64,000 nt of DNA, taken from contig CAZWPY010000003.1 in NCBI GenBank assembly GCA_964635475.1, forward strand, positions 6,303 through 70,302, read 5' to 3'. This document shows positions 9,159-18,761 of this stretch, in pieces. How positions within the stretch are numbered: position 1 is the first letter of the stretch; each line of letters begins with the position of its first letter. Below the pieces are notes generated by a model that saw nothing but the letters and a program-made list of their open reading frames with translations, had not been told where the DNA came from and did no database searches. Made by a program: the position numbers and the translations under genes. The stretch comes from an uncultured Acidimicrobiia bacterium (GTDB lineage: Bacteria > Actinomycetota > Acidimicrobiia > Acidimicrobiales > CAZWPY01).

Positions 9159-11066
9159 GTGGACGATGCACTGAAGTTTGCGATCGCGGGTATCTCTGCG
9201 GGGGCGGTCTACGCCATAGCCGCGTCGGGCCTGGTGGTCACCTACACCACCTCGGGCATCTTCAACTTCGCCCACGGTGCGATCGGGATGCTGGCCGCGT
9301 TTGCCTACTGGCAGTTTCGGGTCCACTGGGATTGGCCGACGCCGTTGGCGCTGATCGTGGTTGTCGTTGTGCTCGCGCCGCTGCTCGGGGCCGTAATCGA
9401 GCGCACGATGTTGCGCGGGTTACAAGGCGCAAGCCTGGCCACGACGTTGACCGTCACCGTCGGCCTGATGGTTTTTTTGATCGGGCTCGCGCAGTGGACG
9501 TGGCCGCCGGAGAGTCGCAACTTGTCGGGATTCTTTGGCGATAGCGGTTTTGAACTGGCGGGCGTAAACGTCTTATGGCACCAGGTGATCACGGTCGCGG
9601 TGGCCGCGGCGGTGGCCTTTGGGTTGCGGTTTTTGCTGTTCAATACGCGACTGGGCGTGGCAATGCGCGCGCAGGTCGATGATCGGGTCTTGACGTCGCT
9701 AAACGGCGCGCAGCCCGAACGGGTCGCGCTGGCCAGCTGGGCGTTGGGTTCGATGCTCGCCGCCTTGTCGGGCGTATTGCTCGCGTCGGTCCTGCAACTC
9801 AACGTGTTGCCGTTGACGTTGCTGGTTGTCAACGGTTACGCCGCGGCCATGGTCGGGCGACTGAAGAGCCTGCCGCTCACGTTTCTCGGCGCCGTCGCTC
9901 TCGGGCTCGTCGAGAGTTTCGCCATCGGCTATCTGCCCAGCGAGGGTTTGTGGTCGAACGCCAAGGCGGCGATTCCGATCTTGTTCCTCTTTATCGTTTT
10001 GTTGGTGTTGCCCGAGGAGCGCTTGCGGGTAGGTCGTTTGGCTCGTGTGGCGCCGAACCGGATCGCGTCGTGGCCAAGGGCCGCTGCTGCGGGCGTGGCG
10101 TTGGTCGCGCTCATCTGGTTTGTCACCGCGTCACTCGCTGAGTCGAACGTCACCCGTCTCGAGTTGGGTATCGCGACCGCGCTGGTGATGTTGTCGTTGG
10201 TGCCGCTGGTCGGTTATGGCGGACAGGTTTCGTTGTGTCAGATGACCTTTGCGGGAATCGGCGCATTTTTGGTGTCGAAGTGGGGCGTGCACGGCGAACC
10301 GTGGGCGTTTCTCGCCGCCGCCGTGGTGACCGGCATTGTCGGAGCGTTGGTTGCCTTACCAGCGCTGCGGCTCCAGGGCCTTTATCTGGCGCTGTCGACG
10401 ATGGCCTTTGCTCTGTTGGCTGAACGGGTGTTTTTCAGTGATTCCCGCGTGTTCGGCGCTGCGGGCACGGCGGAGATCGCTCGTTTCGATGTGCCCGGGG
10501 TGTCGCTCGCGTCCGAACGGGCCCACGCCGTGTTCCTCGCCGTCGTCTTCGCTTTGCTGGGCTTTGCGGTGGTGGCGTTACGGCGCAGTCGTTTGGGGCG
10601 TCGTTTGATCGCGATGAAGGACTCGCCAGCCGCGTGCGCGACGTTGGGCATGAACTTGCAGTGGACCAAACTGGCGCTGTTCGGGTTTTCCGCTGCACTC
10701 GCGGGTTTTGCTGGCGCCCTTTATGGCGGGGTCAACCAATCGGCGGGCACGAACGACTTCGTGATGTTGCAAAGCTTGGTCGTACTGCTGCCTGTCGTGA
10801 TCTGGTCGATCTCGACCGCGAGCGGCGCACTGGTCGGCGGGCTCTCGCTCGCGATGTTGCTGCCGATGGTGGCTGAAAAGTTCCCGTGGTTGCCGGCGGA
10901 GTTGCCGCTGCTCGCGACCGGCCTCGGCGCAGTCGGCCTCGGCCGTCGCCCCGATGGCGTGATTCTCGACGCGAGCCAGCGGCTCCACGCGGAGGTGCAG
11001 TCGGCCCGCGATGCCGCAGAAGCTGAGTCGCAACTCGTGGGGGGACTGTCTCGTGAATTCGCCTGA
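9159..11066 (+). CDS. ABC permease, fused LivH-LivM type
   Basis: GLVVTYTTSGIFNFAHG, TRLGVAMRA, GYGGQVSLCQ, LRLQGLYLALSTMAF, RLGRRLIAMKDS; many transmembrane segments. Confidence 0.92.
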   Translation: MDDALKFAIAGISAGAVYAIAASGLVVTYTTSGIFNFAHGAIGMLAAFAYWQFRVHWDWPTPLALIVVVVVLAPLLGAVIERTMLRGLQGASLATTLTVTVGLMVFLIGLAQWTWPPESRNLSGFFGDSGFELAGVNVLWHQVITVAVAAAVAFGLRFLLFNTRLGVAMRAQVDDRVLTSLNGAQPERVALASWALGSMLAALSGVLLASVLQLNVLPLTLLVVNGYAAAMVGRLKSLPLTFLGAVALGLVESFAIGYLPSEGLWSNAKAAIPILFLFIVLLVLPEERLRVGRLARVAPNRIASWPRAAAAGVALVALIWFVTASLAESNVTRLELGIATALVMLSLVPLVGYGGQVSLCQMTFAGIGAFLVSKWGVHGEPWAFLAAAVVTGIVGALVALPALRLQGLYLALSTMAFALLAERVFFSDSRVFGAAGTAEIARFDVPGVSLASERAHAVFLAVVFALLGFAVVALRRSRLGRRLIAMKDSPAACATLGMNLQWTKLALFGFSAALAGFAGALYGGVNQSAGTNDFVMLQSLVVLLPVVIWSISTASGALVGGLSLAMLLPMVAEKFPWLPAELPLLATGLGAVGLGRRPDGVILDASQRLHAEVQSARDAAEAESQLVGGLSREFA

Positions 11067-11080
11067 TCTGAGGAGTAGTT

Positions 11081-11506
11081 GTGGACACTGACGTCTCTCG
11101 CGTGACTGTCGAACCGCCCGCGGTCGATCCGGCCGCGAAAGCGAGGCTCGACGCGCTCGCGCAGAAGGTGGAGAACTTCTCGGTCCGTGGGTCGGCGAGC
11201 AGCTCCGAACGGCGTGTGCAAGTGGGCGCGGAGGTGTTGATGGCGCTCGGCGTGCTTTTTGTTGCTGGCGCGTGGTGGGGCGCGTCGGGCACGACGCGGC
11301 TGCATGAGCAGATGAGTTACATGATCTCCGGCGGCCTCGGAGGGATCGCACTGATTTTGGTTGGCGCGGTCTTGTACATACGCGTGTGGCTCGCGCGGCA
11401 GCGTTATTGGCTCGCTCGCCTCGTCGTCGAACAGCAAGCGGCCAACTCGGTGTTGCTGGCCGGCGCTTCTAAGGCTGGTTCGTCGAGCCTGCCAGAGCGC
11501 GGGTGA
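11081..11506 (+). CDS. Small membrane protein embedded in the ABC operon
   Basis: Two hydrophobic helices, QMSYMISGGLGGIALI motif, stop overlaps the next start (GTGA). Confidence 0.75.
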   Translation: MDTDVSRVTVEPPAVDPAAKARLDALAQKVENFSVRGSASSSERRVQVGAEVLMALGVLFVAGAWWGASGTTRLHEQMSYMISGGLGGIALILVGAVLYIRVWLARQRYWLARLVVEQQAANSVLLAGASKAGSSSLPERG

Positions 11507-12249
11507 GCGCCACGGTGGCTGAGCCGCTGCTCGATGTGCGGGGGGCCTCGGTTCGTTTCGGCGGCATCAACGCGTTGACCGACGTGGAAATGCAGGTTTT
11601 CCCGGGCGAGGTTGTCGGGTTGCTCGGGCCCAACGGCGCTGGCAAGACCACGTTGTTCAACGTGATTTCCGGGCTACAACCTCCGACCAGTGGCCGCGTG
11701 TGGTTTGGCGGCAACGACGTCAGTGCGCTGCCCACGTTCAAACGAGCCCGCCGTGGGGTGGCCCGCACGTTTCAGCGCCTCGAGGTGTTCTCGACGTTGA
11801 GCGCGCTCGACAACGTTTCGATTGCCGCGGAGCTCGCGAACGGCTGGACCGATTCGGTCGACGTCGACGCGACAGCGCGGGCGCTGTTGACGCGGGTGGG
11901 GTTGGACGACGTCATGGATCGGCAAGTCGGCAACTTGTCGACGGGTCACGCTCGTTTGGTGGAGTTGGCCCGTGCGCTGGCCGCGCGGCCGACGCTGTTG
12001 CTTCTCGACGAACCCAGCTCCGGGCTTGATGAACGCGAGTCCGAGGCCTTCGGCGACCTCTTGGTCGAATTGGCCGCAAGCGATGGCATCGCGATTCTGC
12101 TTGTCGAACACGACATTCCACTGGTGATGCGGGTGAGCGATCGGATCTACGTGTTGGAGTTTGGGCAGATCATCTCTACGGGCACGCCCGCCGAAGTCCA
12201 AGCTGACCCGAAGGTGCAAGAGGCTTACCTGGGAGCGGCCAATGCCTAA
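11503..12249 (+). CDS. ABC ATP-binding protein (LivG-like)
   Basis: Walker A GPNGAGKTT, ARTFQ, LLLLDEP, EHD, DPKVQEAYLG. Confidence 0.93.
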   Translation: MSATVAEPLLDVRGASVRFGGINALTDVEMQVFPGEVVGLLGPNGAGKTTLFNVISGLQPPTSGRVWFGGNDVSALPTFKRARRGVARTFQRLEVFSTLSALDNVSIAAELANGWTDSVDVDATARALLTRVGLDDVMDRQVGNLSTGHARLVELARALAARPTLLLLDEPSSGLDERESEAFGDLLVELAASDGIAILLVEHDIPLVMRVSDRIYVLEFGQIISTGTPAEVQADPKVQEAYLGAANA

Positions 12250-12988
12250 CGACGGTGTGTCGTCCGCAGTGGAACCCGACCACTCAGCACCGGTGTTGTC
12301 GATGCACGACGTAACAGCGGCCTATGGCCGCATCCAGGTCCTGCACGGAGTTACCTTCGAGGTCGCGGCCGGATCGGTGGTCGCACTGCTCGGGCCGAAT
12401 GGGGCGGGCAAGACGACCGCGCTCAAGGTCGCCAGTGGGCAGATGCGCCCGACGTCTGGCGATGTTCGGGTGCTCGGTCGTTCGATCGCGGGGGCGGCTC
12501 CCCATCGGCTAGTCCGTGCGGGAATTTGCACGGTCCCCGAGGGCCGTGGAGTCTTTCCGAACTTGACGGTCACCGAAAACCTCAAGATGGTCACCTACTC
12601 CGGCAGTGCGTTTCGCGACGTACTCGACGTTGCTTTTGCCCAGTTTCCACGGCTGAAGGAACGGCGCTCGCAGTTGGCGGGCACGATGTCGGGTGGTGAG
12701 CAACAGATGCTCGCGATGGCCCGGGCGCTGGCGTCGGATCCAGCGGTACTGCTGCTCGACGAGTTGTCGATGGGTCTCGCGCCCCTGATCGTCGACGAGC
12801 TCTACGACGTCGTCGCGCGGATCGCGAGCACCGGGGTATCGATCCTGGTCGTGGAACAGTTCGCCCGCACGGTGTTGAAAGTGGCGCACCACGCGGTGCT
12901 GATGGTTCACGGCAAAGTCGTCGGCGAAGGTCCGCCAGCTGAATTGGAACAACGGCTGAGCGAGCTGTACCTCGGTGCGGGGGCCTAA
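12242..12988 (+). CDS. ABC ATP-binding protein (LivF-like)
   Basis: Walker A GPNGAGKTT, VPEGRGVF, MSGGEQQMLA, LLLDE. Start moved to ATG 12242. Confidence 0.93.
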   Translation: MPNDGVSSAVEPDHSAPVLSMHDVTAAYGRIQVLHGVTFEVAAGSVVALLGPNGAGKTTALKVASGQMRPTSGDVRVLGRSIAGAAPHRLVRAGICTVPEGRGVFPNLTVTENLKMVTYSGSAFRDVLDVAFAQFPRLKERRSQLAGTMSGGEQQMLAMARALASDPAVLLLDELSMGLAPLIVDELYDVVARIASTGVSILVVEQFARTVLKVAHHAVLMVHGKVVGEGPPAELEQRLSELYLGAGA

Positions 12989-13115
12989 CGGCTCGTCTCC
13001 ACTGGGACCGTCGGGTCGCTAACGCGACTGGGACTTGGTCGCTAACAGGCATAGCGGCCGGCGGGGCCGGCTATGGGTATGCGGGAGCGTTCGGCGGGTT
13101 TGGCGATCGCGCACG

Positions 13116-15131
13116 GTGGTGAGCGACACTCGTGTCGTGCGGAACCGGGTGCGCGGGCTCGACGGCTTACGCGGCCTGGCGCTGCTGGGGATGCTCGGAT
13201 GGCACGCGCAACTGGATTGGGTGCGCGGCGGATTTGCCCGTATGACGATCTTTTTCGTCTTGTCGGGATATTTGGCGGCGCGCAGTCTGTTGCGCACGGG
13301 TGACGGAGTAGGGATCGCGCAGCTACGGCGATTCTGGGGTCGCCGCGCCCGTCGTTTGTTGCCGATGACCTTGGTCGGGGTCGCGAGCGCGATCGCTGTC
13401 ACTGTCGTGTGGGGTGCCAGTGCGGCTCGCAACCAGGTTTTCGGCGACACGGTGTCGGTGTTGACGTCGTGGTCGAACTGGCGATTCCTGTTCCAAGAGC
13501 GTTCCTACGCCGAGCTCTTCCAAGCGCCGTCGGCTTTTCAGCATTTCTGGTCGTTGTCGGTGGAGGAGCAGTGTTTGATCGTGTTCCCGCTGGTGTGTTG
13601 GGCCCTGAGCCGCGTGTCGGGTCGCCGCCGGCTCGATGCGGCGCTGGGTGTTGTGGGCGCCGCCATCTGCGCGGTCCCGTTAGTGATCGTGATGGCGCCC
13701 GACACTGCGTATTACGGCACGCACGTGCGTGTTGGCGAGTTCCTGCTTGGAGCGGCCCTCGGCGTTGCTTGGTCGAGCGGTGTGCCGGAAGTTGGCTCGC
13801 GTGCGCGGGGCTGGCTGGGCGCGGCCGGCGCTGCCGGGCTTTTGTCGCTAGTGGTTGTCATGGCCACGGTCGACCCGCAGTCGTCGTGGGTTTATCGCGG
13901 CGGCATGGGTTTGATGGCCGTGCCCGTCTTGGCGGTGATCGCGGCGGTTGTGCAGGACAGCGGGCCGGCGCCGAGGGTCCTTTCGCTGCGTCCGCTTTGT
14001 GCGTTGGGGCGCGCCGCCTTCTCCATTTACGTGATCCATTGGCCGATTTATCAGGCGGTGGAGGCCGTGCTCGACCAGGCGTCGCGCAACGTCGTCGTCG
14101 TGGTCGAGCTGTCGGTGTCGCTGTTTGTCGGTTTCGTTTGTTACCGGCTGATCGAACGCCCGTTGATGCCCGACTCACGATCGGCCGTCGGGCAACGGTG
14201 GCGCCGTCGTTCCAGTGTCCTGGCAGTCGCCGCGCTGGGCGGCACGTGTTGCGTCTCTGCGGCCGCCGCGGTGCCGCGAGCCGAACCGGAAATTGATTTC
14301 GCGTCGTTGAACCTTGCTCAACGTGACTTGTCCGAGCTCACCGTCGAACAAGCCGCGTGGATCGTGACGAGTTCCGATCCTCGGGCGACGATTCCGCCCT
14401 TTGCGCGCGACTCAAACCTCGTTGGAATCGGACTGTTTGGTGGTTCGACCGCGCTGACATGGGCCTTAGGAGCTGACCGCTGGGAACAAGGCACACCGCG
14501 CTGGGCCGAGCCGACTCGGGGGTACTCGCCACTCGGTTGCGGCGTGCTCGACGAGGGCGTGCGCGGCGGCGCGGCCGACCCGGGAAATCAGCTCGATTAC
14601 GGACCGGTCCCACCCGAATGTCGCGCGCCGACGATACGGTGGGCTGCCGCGGCTAAGGCGTTCGACGTGCAAGCGGCGGTGATCGTTGCGAGCATCTCTG
14701 ACCTCACGCGATGGCGTTTTGCCACGGGCGACCCCTGGCGTGTTTTGGGTGACGACGAATTCGACCGACGACTCGCACAGGGCCTCGTGGACGCGATTGC
14801 ACAGCTGCGAGCTGTTGGGGTGCAGCAGGTGCTGTTGAGCACGCCGATGGCGGCGCGCAACGTCACCAACTCCCGGGCCGCCAAGGTGCGAGCCGATCGA
14901 ATCGAACGTTATTCGCGCCTCGTGAGGGCGGTCGCGAAACAACACGACGCGGTCGTGGTCGACGTGTGGGGTTGGTCGAGCTCACTGAGCGACTCGCAGT
15001 ACTCGCGTTATGTGCCCGACGGCGTGCACTTCTCCGTCGAGGGATCCGCCGCGGCTTGGGATGAGTTGCTCGGACCCGCGCTTGAGTCGTTGCGAGATCG
15101 GGGTGCGTTGCGCGCGCCGGCCGAGCAGTAG
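13116..15131 (+). CDS. Acyltransferase-3 family protein with C-terminal SGNH-like domain (OatA-like)
   Basis: GLDGLRGLA, FFVLSGYL, FWGRRARRLLP, FQHFWSLSVEEQ, SIYVIHWP, C-terminal DGVH. Start uncertain (13035-13119). Confidence 0.88.
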   Translation: MVSDTRVVRNRVRGLDGLRGLALLGMLGWHAQLDWVRGGFARMTIFFVLSGYLAARSLLRTGDGVGIAQLRRFWGRRARRLLPMTLVGVASAIAVTVVWGASAARNQVFGDTVSVLTSWSNWRFLFQERSYAELFQAPSAFQHFWSLSVEEQCLIVFPLVCWALSRVSGRRRLDAALGVVGAAICAVPLVIVMAPDTAYYGTHVRVGEFLLGAALGVAWSSGVPEVGSRARGWLGAAGAAGLLSLVVVMATVDPQSSWVYRGGMGLMAVPVLAVIAAVVQDSGPAPRVLSLRPLCALGRAAFSIYVIHWPIYQAVEAVLDQASRNVVVVVELSVSLFVGFVCYRLIERPLMPDSRSAVGQRWRRRSSVLAVAALGGTCCVSAAAAVPRAEPEIDFASLNLAQRDLSELTVEQAAWIVTSSDPRATIPPFARDSNLVGIGLFGGSTALTWALGADRWEQGTPRWAEPTRGYSPLGCGVLDEGVRGGAADPGNQLDYGPVPPECRAPTIRWAAAAKAFDVQAAVIVASISDLTRWRFATGDPWRVLGDDEFDRRLAQGLVDAIAQLRAVGVQQVLLSTPMAARNVTNSRAAKVRADRIERYSRLVRAVAKQHDAVVVDVWGWSSSLSDSQYSRYVPDGVHFSVEGSAAAWDELLGPALESLRDRGALRAPAEQ

Positions 15132-15240
15132 CCGCGCTGGTCCACTGGCCCCGCGCTCGCCGCGCTGTGCACAAATCCGCAAACTGCCCCTTGCCCGCGG
15201 TGGGCCCGGCTGGCAGGCTCACGACGGCGGAAGGGGGCTC

Positions 15241-16707
15241 ATGAGCGACTCGGCAGTGGCGCAACACGGCGCGCCGCGTATCGAAGTACGGGAAGTCACA
15301 CGCAAGCTCGGGCTGGCGGGAATAGTCGGCATCATCTTCTTTTCCGTGTCGGGTGGCCCGTACGGGCTCGAAGACACGATCGGCGAGTCGGGCGCCGGGA
15401 TCGGCTTGCTGCTGATCTTGATCACGCCACTGATTTGGAGCCTGCCGACCTCGCTCATGGTGGCCGAGATGGCCACGATGATGCCGGTGCAAGGTGGGTA
15501 CTACCAGTGGGTCAAAACCGGGCTCGGCGAGTTCTGGGGGTTTTGCGAAGGCTGGTGGAGTTGGGTTGTCTCGTGGGTCGACTTGGCGATCTACCCGGTT
15601 TTGTTTGTCGACTACGCGAGCTACTTCTTCCCCGAATTGGGGACCAACGCCTGGTTGCGTTGGTCGGTGTGTGTCGTGGTGATCTGGGGGCTCGCGCTGG
15701 TGAACATGCGTGGCGCGTCGGTAGTGGGGGATTCGTCGAAGATCTTCTTGATTGTCGTGATCGCGCCGTTTCTGATCGTGACGATCATCGGCTTGCTGAA
15801 AATGAAGTACTCGCCGTTTGATCCGGTCCATCCGCCGGGAGTGGGGATCGGCCCGGCGTTTGGCGCAGGCTTGTTTGTGATCATGTGGAACTACATGGGC
15901 TGGGACGGACTGTCGACCGTCGCGGGGGAAATCGAAAACCCACGCCGCAACTACCCGCGTGCCCTTGCGATCACCATCCCGCTCATCACGATTCTCTACT
16001 TGGTCCCCACACTGGTTTCTTTGGCGGTCGTCGGAACCGACAATGTGGAGTGGACCGCTGGTGCGTACAACTTGGTCGCCGAAGAGGTGGGCGGCAAGTG
16101 GTTGGGCACGGTGATGTCGATAACAGCGCTCGTGTCGGCGGTGGGTCTGTTCTCTGCATGGTTGCTGAGTTACTCGCGGATCCCCTTCGCGTTGTCCGAC
16201 GATGGATGGCTGCCGCCGGCGCTCAGCAAGCTGCACCCGCGTTTTGGCACGCCCACCTTCGCGATCGTGGTCGCTGCGATCATCTGCTCGGCCGCGGCGA
16301 CAGGACCGTTCCAGTCGCTCGTGGCCATCGACGTCACGGTGTACGCGTGCGCGTTGATGCTGGAGTTCGCAGCGCTCATCGCGATGCGCCGCAAGTACCC
16401 CGACCTCGCCCGGCCGTTTCGGGTTCCCGGCGGTTGGTTTGGCGTGTCGGTCATCACGTTGTTGCCGGCGCTGGTGATCGTTGCGGCGGTGTATTACCAA
16501 GTGAAAGACGTCGGCGCCGTTCAAGGTATTGGCTGGGCGGCGGCCGCGCTGTTGACTGGCCCGCTCGCATACGTGGTGTTGCGACCGTCGCGGCGTAAAC
16601 GTGGGATCGATAAACGTGTCGAGTTGGCCACGGGGGAATTGGTCGATGTCGGCATCGTCACGAACGCACAGCACACGAACGCACAGCAAACGAATGGACA
16701 GCCATGA
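15241..16707 (+). CDS. APC family permease, polyamine-transporter (PUT/RMV1-like) type
   Basis: FSVSGGPYGLED, AEMATMMPVQGGYYQWV, WNYMGWD..STVAGEIENPRRNYPRAL, YPDLARPFRVP. Confidence 0.88.
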   Translation: MSDSAVAQHGAPRIEVREVTRKLGLAGIVGIIFFSVSGGPYGLEDTIGESGAGIGLLLILITPLIWSLPTSLMVAEMATMMPVQGGYYQWVKTGLGEFWGFCEGWWSWVVSWVDLAIYPVLFVDYASYFFPELGTNAWLRWSVCVVVIWGLALVNMRGASVVGDSSKIFLIVVIAPFLIVTIIGLLKMKYSPFDPVHPPGVGIGPAFGAGLFVIMWNYMGWDGLSTVAGEIENPRRNYPRALAITIPLITILYLVPTLVSLAVVGTDNVEWTAGAYNLVAEEVGGKWLGTVMSITALVSAVGLFSAWLLSYSRIPFALSDDGWLPPALSKLHPRFGTPTFAIVVAAIICSAAATGPFQSLVAIDVTVYACALMLEFAALIAMRRKYPDLARPFRVPGGWFGVSVITLLPALVIVAAVYYQVKDVGAVQGIGWAAAALLTGPLAYVVLRPSRRKRGIDKRVELATGELVDVGIVTNAQHTNAQQTNGQP

Positions 16708-17222
16708 ATACCCTCGCACGACCTCACGACTGGGAGGCGCCCGTCACGTTGCCGGCGGTGAGCGCGCCGGCGCGGATCCTCGTGCCGTTCGACGGCAGCC
16801 ATTGCGCTGAGCGCGCGTTGTCGTGGGCGGCGACGGTGGCCGACGCGGCGGGCTCAGAAATCGTGGTTGTCGTGGCCTATGAACAGCCGATGACCATGCG
16901 TGGCCGAGGTGCGTCCTACGTGGAGATGGCCCGCGACGAACTCGCGAGCGAAGCGCGGGAACTCGCATCGGAATCGGTGCAGTTGTTGACCAGCCGCGGC
17001 TTGTCCGCTCGCGGGGTGGTGGTCCGTGGCGACCCTGCATTGGCGATCTTGGAGACCGCCGAGGAGGAGGAGGTCGGGTTGATCATCTGCGGCCGAATGG
17101 GGCTCACGGCCGAAATGGGAGGAATTTCTGGCGCGGTGTCACGTATTCGAGGTCTGCTCACCGGTGGGGTCGCGGAGAAGATCCACCGTCACAGCTCAGT
17201 TCCCGTCTTGTTGGTGGTCTGA
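16704..17222 (+). CDS. Universal stress protein
   Basis: ILVPFDGSHCAERAL, GDPALAILETA, LIICGRMG, GGVAEKIHRHSSVPVLLV. Confidence 0.88.
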   Translation: MNTLARPHDWEAPVTLPAVSAPARILVPFDGSHCAERALSWAATVADAAGSEIVVVVAYEQPMTMRGRGASYVEMARDELASEARELASESVQLLTSRGLSARGVVVRGDPALAILETAEEEEVGLIICGRMGLTAEMGGISGAVSRIRGLLTGGVAEKIHRHSSVPVLLVV

Positions 17223-17224
17223 AT

Positions 17225-18310
17225 ATGGCCCGCGACCTTGCCGTATCGTCTCGACGGGCGTTTCTTCGATCTTCGCTCGCCGTCGCTGGCGCCGCTGTGC
17301 TGGTAAACGCGTGCGGGTCCGATGGCTCGTCGGCATTGCGTTTCGCCAACTGGCAGGACTACATCGACCCCGAGTTGCTGGAGATCTACCGCCGCACGAC
17401 TGGCCGGCGGGTTAGTTACTCCACGTACGCGTCCAACGACGAGTTGGCCGACCGCTTGGCGCTCGCGGGTGTCTCGCGTCGCCGTGGTCGTAAACCCGAG
17501 CAGTACGACCTGATCGTCCCATCCGACAGCTTGTTCCGCGAACTGCTCAACCAGGACCGCCTGGCCAAACTCGACACGTCGATCGTGACAACAGCGCTCC
17601 TCGGCAATCTCGACATGGCTGTGTACACCGACCCGAAGTGGGCCGCGTATGGCATTCCCTGGGCGACGGGCATGACGGGAATCGGTTACGACAGCGATGT
17701 TTTCGACGAACCGCCGACTTGGTCGGTGTTCGCCGACGTTGCCTACGAGGGAAAGGCGACCTTGCTCGACGAGATGCGTGAAGCATTCTCAGCGGCCTTC
17801 TTTGATCTCGGCGAGGACCCCAACACGACCGACGTCGCGACGATCGAGGCGGCCACGCAGCGTCTCACCGAGTTCGCCGCGGTTGTCGAGTTCGACTCAA
17901 AGACCTACCTCGATCGACTGCAAAGCGGCGACATCGTGGTTGCGCAAGCGTTCAACACCGACGTCTTGCAGGCAAAGGAGAAGCGGCCGAGCCTCGAGTT
18001 CGTCGTTCCCGAGTCGGGCGGCACGTTGTGGACCGACTTGCTCGCCATTCCGGCCGACGCCGCGCGCGAGCGTGACGCAAACCGGTTTGTCGCGTTCATG
18101 TTGGATCCGACCAACGCCGCGCGTAACGCCGAGTATCTCTCGGTCAACACCGCCAACGTTGCCGCGGTCGCGACGTTGCCCGACGAGTTCACCTCCGATC
18201 CGGCTGTGTTCCCCGACGACGTCACTCGCTCGCATCTGGCGAGAATTGTGCCGGCGAGCGGCGCGGCTGCGACCGCCTTTGATAGCGGCTGGAGTTCGGT
18301 CACGTCGTGA
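17225..18310 (+). CDS. Spermidine/putrescine-binding lipoprotein (PotD/PotF-like), Tat-exported
   Basis: SRRAFL Tat motif followed by VNAC, LRFANWQDYID, YDLIVPSD, PWATGMTGIGY, PESGGTLWTD. Confidence 0.88.
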   Translation: MARDLAVSSRRAFLRSSLAVAGAAVLVNACGSDGSSALRFANWQDYIDPELLEIYRRTTGRRVSYSTYASNDELADRLALAGVSRRRGRKPEQYDLIVPSDSLFRELLNQDRLAKLDTSIVTTALLGNLDMAVYTDPKWAAYGIPWATGMTGIGYDSDVFDEPPTWSVFADVAYEGKATLLDEMREAFSAAFFDLGEDPNTTDVATIEAATQRLTEFAAVVEFDSKTYLDRLQSGDIVVAQAFNTDVLQAKEKRPSLEFVVPESGGTLWTDLLAIPADAARERDANRFVAFMLDPTNAARNAEYLSVNTANVAAVATLPDEFTSDPAVFPDDVTRSHLARIVPASGAAATAFDSGWSSVTS

Positions 18311-18654
18311 TCGCGGTCGCGCGGCGGCGCTTCGAGGAGTTGGTTGCCGACGCGCTCGATGAGCTACCCGAGACGCTCGCGCGGGCAGTCGAAAACGTGG
18401 CGATTGTTGTCGAGGAGCAAAACCCCGACGAACCCGAGCTGCTTGGGCTCTACGACGGCGTCGCGTTGACCGATCGAAGCGACTATGGAGTGGGCGAGCT
18501 GCCCGACCACATCGCCGTGTACCGACTTCCGATTTGCGCAATGTGCGACTCGGAGGCCGAGGTTGTCGAAGAGGTTCGGGTGACCGTGTTGCACGAACTG
18601 GCGCACTACTTCGGCCTCGACGACGACGACTTGGAGCGCCTCGGCTGGGACTGA
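18307..18654 (+). CDS. Zincin-like metallopeptidase (Zincin_1 family)
   Basis: LLGLYDGVALTDR, PDHIAVYRLPI, TVLHELAHYFG (HExxH). Confidence 0.9.
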   Translation: MIAVARRRFEELVADALDELPETLARAVENVAIVVEEQNPDEPELLGLYDGVALTDRSDYGVGELPDHIAVYRLPICAMCDSEAEVVEEVRVTVLHELAHYFGLDDDDLERLGWD

Positions 18655-18761
18655 GCCGGTCTGGTGTCTCGACAGGCCGGTTCGAGTCGCGCCCGCGGGT
18701 CTGGCCGGTTCGGGCCGGGCCGGGCCGGGCCGCGCCGGGCTGAGCGTGTGTGTGGACCGGC

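Noticed and set aside
18655-18761. GGTTCGAGTC T-loop-like motif suggesting a tRNA
   Set aside because: No cloverleaf could be built; the region is GC-rich hairpin and GGGCC repeat DNA between convergent genes.
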